Shown here one piece after another: positions 19,725 to 31,097 of a stretch of 64,000 bases of DNA; position 1 is the first letter of the stretch; each line of letters opens with the position of its first letter. The DNA is taken from assembly GCA_030538675.1 (NCBI GenBank), contig JAUNTM010000002.1, positions 4,824-68,823 of the forward strand, in the 5' to 3' direction. A program made the position numbers and the translations under genes. Under the pieces are notes generated by a model, which saw nothing but the letters and a program-made list of their open reading frames with translations, had not been told where the DNA came from and did no database searches. Source of the DNA: Capnocytophaga sp. GTDB lineage: Bacteria; Bacteroidota; Bacteroidia; Flavobacteriales; Flavobacteriaceae.

Positions 19725-20747
19725 AAACTCTGACCCTACGCCCGGCAGGCTTTCTACATAGATTTTCTGCCGATGGGCTTCGATGATGTGCTTGACGATA
19801 GAAAGCCCCAGCCCGGAGCCGCCTTCCTGCCGGTTGCCGCTTTTGTCCACCCGGTAAAACCGCTCGAACAGCCGGATAAGGTGTTCTTTGGCAATACCTT
19901 CGCCGTTATCGGTTACGCGGACGATAATTCTCCCGTTGGGAGCATTTTCAAGGCTCACTTCGGTGGTGCCGTTGTCTTTTCCGTATTTTATCGAGTTGAT
20001 AATCAGGTTTGAAATCACTTGCTGTATGCGTTCGCGGTCGGCGTAAACGTAAATAGGACGTTCATACGGCATATCAAATACGAGCGATATGTGGCGTTTG
20101 GCAGCGTGCATTTCAAACATATCGAACACGCTTTGTATCGTTTCTACGATGTTAAACTCTTCATAATCAAGATTGAGTTCTCCGGCTTCGAGTTTGGAAA
20201 TCATTTCGAGGTCTTTCACCACGTAGATGAGCCGTTCGACACCTTTGGCGGCGCGGCTGAGATACTTTTTGCGCAAGGCTTTATTTTCCATTGCCCCGTC
20301 GAGCAGGGTCAGAATGTAACCTTGCACGGTAAAAAGCGGCGTGTTCAGCTCATGCGAAATATTTCCGATGTATTCTTTGCGGTAGTCTTCACGTATTTTG
20401 AGCGTTTCGATTTCGAGTTTTTTGCCTTTGGCGAATTTGTTGATTTCGTCGCTAAGGGCACGGATGTCGGTCGTAATGGGGCGGCTTTCGATTTCGGTAG
20501 ATTGCAAGAGTGACACATCGTTGTAAATTTTCTGTATCCTTCGGTAAATGAAGTGTTCCACGCGGTATTGAAGCACGGCAAAGCATATCACGTACAATAT
20601 AATAATGTATAATACGAGCATCCACAGCGAAAATCCGTCGGTAAAATCCGTAAAATAGGCAAACACCGCCAACAAAACAGTGGAAATCAACGAAATAGGC
20701 AACGATGATTTCAGAGCGAAGCGGTACGATTTTTTGAGTTTCCGCAT
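19671..20747 (-). CDS. Sensor histidine kinase (PhoR-like)
   Basis: SHELNTPL H-box, N/G1/F/G2 boxes (FERFYRVD, GSGLGLSIV), 2 TMs. Confidence 0.93.
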   Translation of the reverse strand: MRKLKKSYRFALKSSLPISLISTVLLAVFAYFTDFTDGFSLWMLVLYIIILYVICFAVLQYRVEHFIYRRIQKIYNDVSLLQSTEIESRPITTDIRALSDEINKFAKGKKLEIETLKIREDYRKEYIGNISHELNTPLFTVQGYILTLLDGAMENKALRKKYLSRAAKGVERLIYVVKDLEMISKLEAGELNLDYEEFNIVETIQSVFDMFEMHAAKRHISLVFDMPYERPIYVYADRERIQQVISNLIINSIKYGKDNGTTEVSLENAPNGRIIVRVTDNGEGIAKEHLIRLFERFYRVDKSGNRQEGGSGLGLSIVKHIIEAHRQKIYVESLPGVGSEFSFSLEKAEQFAEIDGDA

Positions 20748-20753
20748 CGTTTG

Positions 20754-21440
20754 TTAGTTAGCGAATTTGTAGCCTACGCCTTTGATAGTTTTGAAGTGTT
20801 CGTCACCGATTTTTTCGCGGAGTTTTCGGATATGCACGTCAATAGTACGTCCGCCGACAACCACTTCGCTTCCCCAGACTTTGTCGAGGATTTCTTCTCT
20901 TTTGAAGACTTTTCCGGGGCGTGAAGCCAAGAGTGAAAGCAGTTCGAATTCTTTTCTCGGGAGTATCATTTCTTCACCTTCGTGAGAGATTTTGTATTCG
21001 TCCCGATTGATGATAAGACTTCCTATTTTGACCACCGAACCCACTTCTTCCACCGTATCTTTAAAACGGCGGAGTAAGGCTTTCACTTTGCTGACCAGTA
21101 CTTTAGGTTTGATGGGTTTGGTAATGTAGTCATCGGCACCGGCTTCAAATCCGGCAAGCTGCGAATAATCTTCGCCCCGAGCGGTGAGGAACGTGATGAC
21201 GGTTTCGGAAAGTTCGGGTATCTTGCGGATGCGTTCGCACGCCTCAATTCCGTCCATTTCGGGCATCATTACATCCATGATGATGAGTTGGGGCTGTTCG
21301 GCTTTTGCTTTTTTCACGGCTTCCGCACCATTTTTGGCAGTAACTACCTGATATCCTTCGGCAGTAAGATTGTAGCCGACAATTTCCAAAATATCGGGTT
21401 CATCATCGACAAGCAGAATTTTGATGTCCTTTTTCTTCAT
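20754..21440 (-). CDS. OmpR/PhoB-family response regulator
   Basis: LVDDE, DVMMP, GADDY.TKP, RTIDVHIRKLR. Likely start MKKKDIK at 21440, with TACATTTG at 21539-21546. Confidence 0.94.
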   Translation of the reverse strand: MKKKDIKILLVDDEPDILEIVGYNLTAEGYQVVTAKNGAEAVKKAKAEQPQLIIMDVMMPEMDGIEACERIRKIPELSETVITFLTARGEDYSQLAGFEAGADDYITKPIKPKVLVSKVKALLRRFKDTVEEVGSVVKIGSLIINRDEYKISHEGEEMILPRKEFELLSLLASRPGKVFKREEILDKVWGSEVVVGGRTIDVHIRKLREKIGDEHFKTIKGVGYKFAN

Positions 21441-21844
21441 TATTATAATAGTTTTAAAAGGTATGTTTTGGCGTATATGGTTCTCATAGCATGCAAAAAC
21501 ACTAACTAAATAATTTCTAACTACCTTTATTGCTTTTGCAAATGTAAAGATAATAAAAAATAGGTAACAAACAAATTTAACAAGGTAACACAATGGTAAT
21601 TTTATATTTACAATTTAGAAACAAACGAAAGATTTGTTTTTTATTTAGAAAAATTTAGGTTTTTTGGTGGAAAATAGTAGGTTAGAAGGTTTTTATTTTC
21701 AGAGAAATCGTTGTACCTTTGAAACCCAATATTTCCCTGTTTTTTAAAAAGAAAACACGGGTCTATCAATAGGTGGTTGAGAAAACGGGTTAAGAACAAA
21801 AAAATAGATACTAATTACGGCTAACAAATTAATACCATACAACG

Positions 21845-22882
21845 ATGAAAGAGCAATTGGAAAAAGAATTACTTTCTTTAGCAGAAAATATCGTAGCGAG
21901 CAAGGGGCAATGGGATTTGACAGAACTCAAGCAGCAAGCGAATAAACTTAATGAAAAGATTACGATTCTTAATTTTGTACAGAAATATTACCAACATCTC
22001 GGTGCTTCGGAGAACCATATTAAGGTATCGATGTCCAAAACGTCTCGTTTTATAACCGACGAGCTTCTTCCAAGCCAACCCAAGCCCGAAGAGGAAGAGG
22101 TTGTAATTTCTGAGGAAAAATCCGTGGTAGAAACGCCTCATCATCATCCGTGGGAACATTTTGACGCAACAGAAGCAGAAAACATACAGGAAGAAATAAC
22201 CGAACCTGCCCGCAACACCGTAGAAGAACCAACAGAAGAGCCAATAATAGAAACCGAAAAACCTGCGGAAGTAGTTACTTTTGCTGACTTACGCGCAGAA
22301 CCTGTCGCAGAACCAGAACCGCTACAAGAACAACCGACCCTACAAGACGAGCCACAAATTGTTTCTGAACCTGAAGATAGTCCTTCTGCAGAACCGGCAC
22401 CTGCCAAAGAACCCGCTTTTAGCCTGCCTCAATTCGACACGCCATACGCTGTTGGTGAACCAGTGGTAGAGGAACAACCTACCAACGATACGGTTGAATG
22501 GGTCATAAAGCCAGAAGAAGAAGCTACGAAAGCATCACAGCATTTGACCGATTCGCTCGACCAAATCCTTGCACAAACACCTTCTCATCCAGGTTTTGAA
22601 ATAAAAACGGAAGAAGAGGCAAAACCGCTATCCATCAATGACGCTCTTGGAAAATCTTCTCAAATAGGACTCAATGACCGATTGGCATTTATCAAAAACC
22701 TTTTCATCGGGAGTGAGAGCGAATACAATAGGGTTGTCGAAAAACTCAACGGATTCGGAACTGCCGCCGAGGCGGTTATCTATCTCGAGCAAGAGGTCAA
22801 ACCGATATATAATAATTGGAAAGGAAAAGAAGAATACCAAGACCGATTTATGCAATATGTAGTGAATCGCTATGAAGCCTAA
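21845..22882 (+). CDS. Conserved hypothetical protein with a long acidic Pro/Glu linker
   Basis: 345 aa with C-terminal IGLNDRLAFIKNLF block. TACCTTTG at 21714-21721. Stop overlaps the rsmI start. Confidence 0.8.
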   Translation: MKEQLEKELLSLAENIVASKGQWDLTELKQQANKLNEKITILNFVQKYYQHLGASENHIKVSMSKTSRFITDELLPSQPKPEEEEVVISEEKSVVETPHHHPWEHFDATEAENIQEEITEPARNTVEEPTEEPIIETEKPAEVVTFADLRAEPVAEPEPLQEQPTLQDEPQIVSEPEDSPSAEPAPAKEPAFSLPQFDTPYAVGEPVVEEQPTNDTVEWVIKPEEEATKASQHLTDSLDQILAQTPSHPGFEIKTEEEAKPLSINDALGKSSQIGLNDRLAFIKNLFIGSESEYNRVVEKLNGFGTAAEAVIYLEQEVKPIYNNWKGKEEYQDRFMQYVVNRYEA

Positions 22883-23577
22883 TGAGTAAACTTTACCTGA
22901 TACCCACACCCGTTGGCAACCTTGAAGATATTACACTTAGAGCTTTGCGTATTCTCAAGGAAGTTGACGTAATTTTGGCAGAAGATACCCGAACGAGCAG
23001 TAAGTTGCTGAAAAACTACGCGATAAGCACCAAAATGCAGAGCTACCACATGCACAACGAGCATAAAATGGTAGATGCGTTGGTACAGCGGATACAATCG
23101 GGTGAAACGATGGGATTGATTACCGATGCCGGAACACCCGGTATTTCCGACCCCGGATTTTTGCTCGTGCGTGCCTGCGTGGAGCAGGGCGTTGGCGTGG
23201 AATGCCTGCCCGGTGCCACGGCGTTCGTGCCGGCACTCGTCAATAGCGGATTGCCCAACGACCGCTTTGTTTTTGAAGGATTTCTGCCCGACAAAAAAGG
23301 ACGACAAACCCGGCTCAAAGCCCTTGCCGGAGAAACCAAGACAATGATTTTCTACGTGTCGCCTTATAAATTGGTGAAAACACTCGCCGAACTCGCCGAA
23401 ATACTCGGTGCGGAACGCCGTGCAAGCCTCTCACGCGAACTGACCAAAATCCACGAAGAAACCCGGCGCGATACACTACAAAACCTGCATAACCACTACC
23501 AAGCCAATCCCCCGAAAGGAGAAATCGTTTTGGTGGTAGAAGGTTGTGGGATGCGAACCGAAAAAAATAAAACGTAA
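22882..23577 (+). CDS. rsmI: 16S rRNA C1402 2'-O-methyltransferase
   Basis: TPVGNLEDIT.RA, AEDTR, DAGTPGISDPG, RELTKIHEE. Confidence 0.96.
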   Translation: MSKLYLIPTPVGNLEDITLRALRILKEVDVILAEDTRTSSKLLKNYAISTKMQSYHMHNEHKMVDALVQRIQSGETMGLITDAGTPGISDPGFLLVRACVEQGVGVECLPGATAFVPALVNSGLPNDRFVFEGFLPDKKGRQTRLKALAGETKTMIFYVSPYKLVKTLAELAEILGAERRASLSRELTKIHEETRRDTLQNLHNHYQANPPKGEIVLVVEGCGMRTEKNKT

Positions 23578-23761
23578 TCCCGTCAAAATAATTGGCATTT
23601 ATCCAAACTGCTGAATAAACTATGGGGGCAATACATTTGAATGTTTTTGTCCTGCCGAGAACTTCAAAAACAAATCTCTTTCAAACTTTTTTCTTACATT
23701 TGCCCAAAACTAACAAATCAGATATTTTACACATCTGACTTTACCATAAGAATAAACAGCT

Positions 23762-24688
23762 ATGGGCAGATTATTAACCATCGGCACGTTGGCATTTGAT
23801 GCTATCGAAACACCGTTTGGAAAAACATCTAAAACGATGGGAGGTGCTGCGAATTACATCAGTATTGCGGCTTCCCAATTTGGCACAGAGTCAGCGGTAG
23901 TGTCGGTAATAGGCGATGACTATCCGCAAAAATACCTTGACATTCTCAAGCAGCGAAATGTCGATATAAGTGGTATAGACCACATCAAAGGTGGAAAAAC
24001 ATTCTTTTGGAGCGGGCGTTATCACAATGATATGAACACCCGTGATACGATGGATACACAACTAAATGTGTTGAGTGAGTTCCGCCCAAAAGTTCCTGAC
24101 GAGTACAAAAATGCGGAAGTGCTGATGCTTGGCAACCTGCACCCCGGCTTGCAGCTTGATGTGTTGCGGCAGATGGAAACCAAACCCAAAGTGACCATTC
24201 TCGACACGATGAATTATTGGATGGAAAAAACGCAAGATTTGCTCGCCGAAGCCATCTCCCACGCCGATGTACTTGCCATCAATGACCAAGAAGCACGCCA
24301 GCTCACAGGCGAATATTCTTTGGTGAAAGCCGCCCAGAAGATAATGGCGATGGGTGTTCCGTATGCCGTCATCAAAAAAGGTGAACACGGAGCGTTGCTG
24401 TTCCATAACGATATGGTATTCTACGCACCTGCCCTGCCGCTTGAAGAAGTATTTGACCCGACCGGCGCCGGCGATACGTTTGCAGGTGGCTTTGCCGGAT
24501 ATTTGGCAAAAACCGAAGATTATTCATTCAATAATATGAAAAATGCCGTCATTTACGGTGCTAATCTGGCATCGTTCTGTGTCGAAAAATTCGGAGCGGA
24601 GCGGATGTTGTCATTAACCAAAGATGAAGTGCTCAAACGGCTTTTGCAATTTAGAGAACTAACACAATTTGATATAAAAATAGCATAG
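23762..24688 (+). CDS. PfkB-family carbohydrate kinase
   Basis: GGAANY, KKGEHG, DPTGAGDTFAGG. TACATTTG at 23695-23702. Confidence 0.92.
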   Translation: MGRLLTIGTLAFDAIETPFGKTSKTMGGAANYISIAASQFGTESAVVSVIGDDYPQKYLDILKQRNVDISGIDHIKGGKTFFWSGRYHNDMNTRDTMDTQLNVLSEFRPKVPDEYKNAEVLMLGNLHPGLQLDVLRQMETKPKVTILDTMNYWMEKTQDLLAEAISHADVLAINDQEARQLTGEYSLVKAAQKIMAMGVPYAVIKKGEHGALLFHNDMVFYAPALPLEEVFDPTGAGDTFAGGFAGYLAKTEDYSFNNMKNAVIYGANLASFCVEKFGAERMLSLTKDEVLKRLLQFRELTQFDIKIA

Positions 24689-24886
24689 AATTTGACTGGC
24701 TTCGCCGTTTGTGCCTTCGGCAGTTTGATTTAGTTCGATGCCTTCGGCGTTTGATGTTTCGCATTTGATTTGTCTTCGGCAGTTTGAAACGGTATCGAAC
24801 AAAATCAAACCACATCGAACAATTTCAAATAATATCAAACAAAAATCCAACGCCGAAGGCATCAAACCACATCAAACCAAACCATT
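24689..24886. repeat. Fold-back micro-repeat element with UUCG mini-hairpins
   Basis: Left half: GTTTGAT/GTTCGAT units with GCCTTCGGC-type hairpins. Right half: 10-nt periodic ATC(A/G)AACnnn units and GCCGAAGGC. Confidence 0.85.
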
Positions 24887-26785
24887 ATGAGCGACGCCAT
24901 CAAACACGAATGCGGTATAGCCCTGATACGGCTGCTGAAACCCCTTGAGTATTACAAAGAAAAATACGGTTCGGCTTTCTACGGAATCAATAAAATGTAC
25001 CTGATGCTCGAAAAACAGCACAACCGGGGGCAAGACGGGGCCGGACTTGCCAGTATCAAGCTTGATATGCAGCCCGGCGAACGCTACATCAGCCGTATCC
25101 GTTCCAACGAAAACCAACCCATTCAGGATATTTTTTCGCAAATCAACGAACGTGTCAATGCCGAAATGAAGCAATTTCCCGAATTGAAAGACGATGTTGC
25201 TTTGCAGAAAAAACAACTTCCGTACATCGGCGAAGTTATTCTCGGGCATATCCGCTATGGGACTTTCGGGAAAAACAGCATCGAGAGCGTTCACCCGTTT
25301 TTACGACAAAATAACTGGATGCACCGCAACCTTATCGTGGCTGGAAATTTCAATATGACCAATGTTAATGAGCTGTTTGCCAACCTAATACGCATCGGGC
25401 AACATCCTAAAGAAAAAACCGATACCATTACCGTAATGGAACGCATCGGGCATTTTCTCGATGATGAAGTGGAAAAACTCTACCGCAAATTCAAAAAAGA
25501 AGGCATCAGCAAAAAAGATGCTTCGCCGCTAATTGCCGAACATTTGAGCATCAGCAAAATACTCAAACGCGCCGCCAAAAATTGGGACGGCGGTTACGCT
25601 ATGGCGGGAATGGTCGGGCACGGCGATGCGTTTGTAGTTCGCGACCCGGCAGGCATCCGTCCGGCGTACTATTATAAAGATGACGAAATCGTAGTGGTAG
25701 CTTCGGAGCGTCCTGCTATTCAGACGGTTTTCAATATTGCCTACGAAAAAATCAAAGAACTCGAACCCGGACACGCCGTTATCGTCAAGAAAAACGGAAA
25801 GGTTTCTGTTAAAAAAATTACCGAACCTGTGGAGCGGAAAGCCTGTTCGTTTGAGCGGATTTATTTTTCGAGAGGAAACGACACCGAAATCTATCAAGAA
25901 CGGAAAAAACTCGGTCATTTGCTTTTTCCGAGAGTAGCGAAATCTATTAAAAATAATCTTAACGAAACCGTTTTTGCGTACATTCCCAATACCGCCGAAA
26001 CTTCGTTTTTGGGTTTGGTAGAAGAAGCTGACCGCCATTTGGACGAAATCAAAAAGAAACAAATTCTCAACGAAGGCGACAACCTTACCCCCGAACGGCT
26101 GACGGAAATCCTCTCGCAAAAAACTCGGGTTGAGAAAGTTGCGATTAAAGATGCCAAACTACGGACATTCATTACCGAAGACAGCAGTCGCGATGATTTG
26201 GTCGCCCACGTATATGACATTACCTACGGTTCGGTACAAAAAGGAGACAATCTTGTTATTGTCGATGACAGTATCGTGCGGGGAACAACGCTCAAAAAAA
26301 GTATTTTGAAAATTTTAGGACGGTTGCATCCGAAGAAAATCGTTGTCGTATCGTCTGCACCGCAAATCCGTTACCCCGATTGCTACGGAATTGATATGGC
26401 GAGATTGGAAGATTTGGTGGCGTTCCAAGCCGTGTTGGCATTGCACGAAGAACGGGGCACCTATCACATTATCAAGGAAGTATATGACAAATGTCTGACA
26501 CAAATCGACCTTAGTGATGACAAAGTGGTCAATTACGTGAAGGAGATTTACGAGCCGTTTACCGACGAAGAAATCTCACAAAAAATAACACAATTATTAC
26601 TTCCTACGGATTTTACTTCGGAAGTAGAAGTGATTTTCCAAACGGTGGATAATTTGCACATCGCTTGTCCGCACAACTTGGGCGACTGGTATTTCACAGG
26701 CGATTACCCAACCGACGGCGGCAACCGAGTGGTGAACCGTGCGTTCATCAATTTTTACGAAGGAAATAAAGAACGGGCGTATTAA
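24887..26785 (+). CDS. purF: Amidophosphoribosyltransferase (long Bacteroidetes form)
   Basis: HECG N-terminal nucleophile, QHNRGQDGAG, CSFERIYFSR, VDDSIVRGTT. Confidence 0.9.
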   Translation: MSDAIKHECGIALIRLLKPLEYYKEKYGSAFYGINKMYLMLEKQHNRGQDGAGLASIKLDMQPGERYISRIRSNENQPIQDIFSQINERVNAEMKQFPELKDDVALQKKQLPYIGEVILGHIRYGTFGKNSIESVHPFLRQNNWMHRNLIVAGNFNMTNVNELFANLIRIGQHPKEKTDTITVMERIGHFLDDEVEKLYRKFKKEGISKKDASPLIAEHLSISKILKRAAKNWDGGYAMAGMVGHGDAFVVRDPAGIRPAYYYKDDEIVVVASERPAIQTVFNIAYEKIKELEPGHAVIVKKNGKVSVKKITEPVERKACSFERIYFSRGNDTEIYQERKKLGHLLFPRVAKSIKNNLNETVFAYIPNTAETSFLGLVEEADRHLDEIKKKQILNEGDNLTPERLTEILSQKTRVEKVAIKDAKLRTFITEDSSRDDLVAHVYDITYGSVQKGDNLVIVDDSIVRGTTLKKSILKILGRLHPKKIVVVSSAPQIRYPDCYGIDMARLEDLVAFQAVLALHEERGTYHIIKEVYDKCLTQIDLSDDKVVNYVKEIYEPFTDEEISQKITQLLLPTDFTSEVEVIFQTVDNLHIACPHNLGDWYFTGDYPTDGGNRVVNRAFINFYEGNKERAY

Positions 26786-27050
26786 AGAAAGTAATGTATT
26801 TTGGTTTTAATCCACTGAATAATATCAAGTTCCGCTGATGCTGTTTTATACAATGCAGAACAGAAGGTTATTTTTTGAGAAATAGTTGTAAAAAAAAGTA
26901 TCACATCACTAAATAAATTGTACTTTTGGTAAGTGGAAAAAGTTTTGTTTAGTTCAGGCTTTTCATCGAAGATTTTTAGGGAGAGTTCTGAACTGTAATA
27001 AAGTCTTTTTTGTTAAGTGTAATTGTTTCACAACATATATGTATAAAAAC

Positions 27051-27498
27051 TATGACAGAAATAGATAAAATAAATGAAGAATTAAGGAATTATAAACTAT
27101 TTAAAATCCAAAGAATAAATGTTAAGGAAAAAGAATTTTCTGAACTTAAAAAAGATCTTTTAAAAATTCAAAGGAATGAAATTCTATCTTACGTAATCGC
27201 AACTTTAAATCTTTTAGCAGTTATATTTTTGATATATAACATCGTAAAATCTATTTCGAATCCTGATTTTTACCAATTAAATAAAGAATTAATAATAATT
27301 AATTTTTTTATAATTACTGTCCTGTCAGTTTACTTTACAATTGCGTACTTACTAACGACTAAAGCATTAAAAAAACATATAAAATCAAGTGAAAATGCTG
27401 TAGCCTATTTTGCGAGCGAAAGTGAAAAATTAAAAGCTATATATGAAAATTATATTGAAAATTACCTCGATGAGGTAAAGAAAGGAAGGGTTAGATGA
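27051..27498 (+). CDS. Hypothetical two-TM membrane protein, AT-rich
   Basis: Two hydrophobic segments flanked by helical regions. TACTTTTG at 26921-26928. Likely start MTEIDK. Confidence 0.65.
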
Positions 27499-27750
27499 TA
27501 GTTGGAGTTCAAAAATAACAATTTTATTTTTTGTAATTTAGCAGGTGAAGATGAGCTTTTGTTGATTGTCGTCTAAGTAGAAACCTTAAGAGGGTACAAT
27601 TTTAGTCACTATCGCATAATAAAACCACCACTTTACTATATTTTGCTAAACAGTTGATGTTAAATTTAAAACAAGAGTTCCTCAATTGCTTTAGGAAAAG
27701 CCAAGTAATCATTTTTGTGTGTATAACGTATTTAACATTCAAAAAAATAA

Positions 27751-29385
<1,635 letters not shown>

Positions 29386-29431
29386 CTAATATCCGCAAGC
29401 AGAAACACTGTTTGTATTGAATAGAAAACAG

Positions 29432-29713
29432 ATGAAAGTAGAAATAGTTACACCAGAAGCCATTTTGTACAAAGGAGATGTTACGTCTTTGTCTGTGCCG
29501 GGCGTCAATGGTGAATTTCAAATGCTGAACGACCACGCGGCTATTATATCCGTTCTTACCAAAGGAAATATAAAACTCTATGGTGCTATCCAACCCAAAG
29601 AAAGCGTAGCTTCAAGGTTCATCAAAGGGGATAAGCCCAATGAGTTTTTGCTGTCGATTGACGGCGGTACGTTGGAGTTCAATAACAATAAAGCCACTAT
29701 ACTGGCAGATTGA
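29432..29713 (+). CDS. atpC: F1F0 ATP synthase epsilon subunit (short form)
   Basis: VEIVTPE, PGVNGEFQMLNDHA. Confidence 0.93.
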   Translation: MKVEIVTPEAILYKGDVTSLSVPGVNGEFQMLNDHAAIISVLTKGNIKLYGAIQPKESVASRFIKGDKPNEFLLSIDGGTLEFNNNKATILAD

Positions 29714-29734
29714 TTTTTAAATTTTATTATTACA

Positions 29735-29772
29735 GAAAGACAGTTTTTATCCATGTAAGAACTGTCTTTTTT
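29735..29772 (+). terminator. Intrinsic terminator after atpC
   Basis: AAAGACAGTT...AACTGTCTTT plus T run. Confidence 0.8.
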
Positions 29773-29893
29773 CATACTATTTGTGTTGATTTTGAACGTT
29801 ATGAAGGCTCAAGAAAACATATTTTTCGTCCACTTTGCGTAACGAGAAGCATTCCCCGTATGGGAAAATAATAGCTGTTAATATATTCTTTTC

Positions 29894-30358
29894 ATGAAAA
29901 TATATACTGTTGACGAAGCGAAACTAAGGCTCGAAGCGTATTGTGCTTACCAAGAGCGTTGCCACAAAGAAGTTACGAATAAGTTACGGCAAATGGGGAT
30001 GATTCCGTTGGCGGTTGATGCGATTGTGGCTCACTTGATTGAGCATAACTTCCTGAATGAAACCCGTTTTGCCAAGAGTTTTGCGAGGGGAAAATTCCGG
30101 CAGAAAAAATGGGGAAAAAACCGTATCCGGCAGGAATTGAAATGGCGGGAAATTTCGGCGGTCAATATCCGCTTGGCTCTTTCGGAAATAGATGAGGCAG
30201 AATACAACGAAACGTTTCACGCTCTTGCTGAAAAAAGAGCATCGCAAATTCTTGAAACCAACACGCTGAAAGCTAAAAAGAAACTCGCCGATTATCTTTT
30301 GTACCGAGGTTGGGAATCGCAATGGGTGTATGAGAAAATTGCTGACCTTTACGATTGA
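29894..30358 (+). CDS. recX: RecX regulatory protein
   Basis: YCAYQERC, FLNETRFA, WGKNRI, YLLYRGW. Confidence 0.9.
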   Translation: MKIYTVDEAKLRLEAYCAYQERCHKEVTNKLRQMGMIPLAVDAIVAHLIEHNFLNETRFAKSFARGKFRQKKWGKNRIRQELKWREISAVNIRLALSEIDEAEYNETFHALAEKRASQILETNTLKAKKKLADYLLYRGWESQWVYEKIADLYD

Positions 30359-30364
30359 ATCGGA

Positions 30365-31024
30365 TTATTTCCCTGTATGAAATGGCTTTAAGTAGTCGGG
30401 TTCAAAATACGCAATGTCGGCAAAATCGTTTTGTAGGTAAGAAGTGTATGCCAAGGCTGCCATATCACGGGCTTGTGGATAGGCATCGGGGATAAAAACA
30501 GCGTTGGGGTGCGGGCATATTTTTGCAAACTTGGCAGCGCCATCGCCTATAAATGTTATTTTTTGATTTTTTTTGAACCATTCTGCATAGCTGTTCTCGT
30601 CTAAAATTACAGCTTTAGTGGCTTCCAAAAGTTGGTGCGAATGGTCGTAGACAGCACTGTATACTTCCATGCGTCGGGCATCGAGCATTGGGATAATAAT
30701 TTCATTTTCAGTCTGTTGTGATACTATTGTAAGTGTTGGAATAGCTATCAGCGGGATGTCCAGCGCATAGCATATTCCTTTGGCAGAAGCTACCCCGATA
30801 CGCAGCCCTGTGTACGAACCGGGTCCTGCACTGACGGCAACCGCACTAAGTTCCTTATGAGAGAGTTGCAAATCTGATAATAGTTGTTCAATGAAAACGT
30901 GTAGTTTTTCGGCATGGGTAAAATTCCCCGTATTTTCGGATAGTTCCCCAAGCAGCTTTCCGTTTTTTGCAACGGCTACCGAGCAGTTGATTCCCGAACT
31001 TTCTATGCAGAGTATGTAATTCAT
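30365..31024 (-). CDS. tsaB: tRNA t6A biosynthesis protein TsaB
   Basis: GPGSYTGLRIG, DARRMEVY. Confidence 0.95.
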   Translation of the reverse strand: MNYILCIESSGINCSVAVAKNGKLLGELSENTGNFTHAEKLHVFIEQLLSDLQLSHKELSAVAVSAGPGSYTGLRIGVASAKGICYALDIPLIAIPTLTIVSQQTENEIIIPMLDARRMEVYSAVYDHSHQLLEATKAVILDENSYAEWFKKNQKITFIGDGAAKFAKICPHPNAVFIPDAYPQARDMAALAYTSYLQNDFADIAYFEPDYLKPFHTGK

Positions 31025-31097
31025 TTTTTGAGGATAAAGGAGTTTAATTTTTTAAGGATGAGTTGTGGATAGCGGTGTGTTTGGATTCATCACTCGC

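Noticed and set aside
24689-24886. Possible CRISPR array
   Set aside because: Units are 7-10 nt without unique 25-45-nt spacers, and there are no cas genes.
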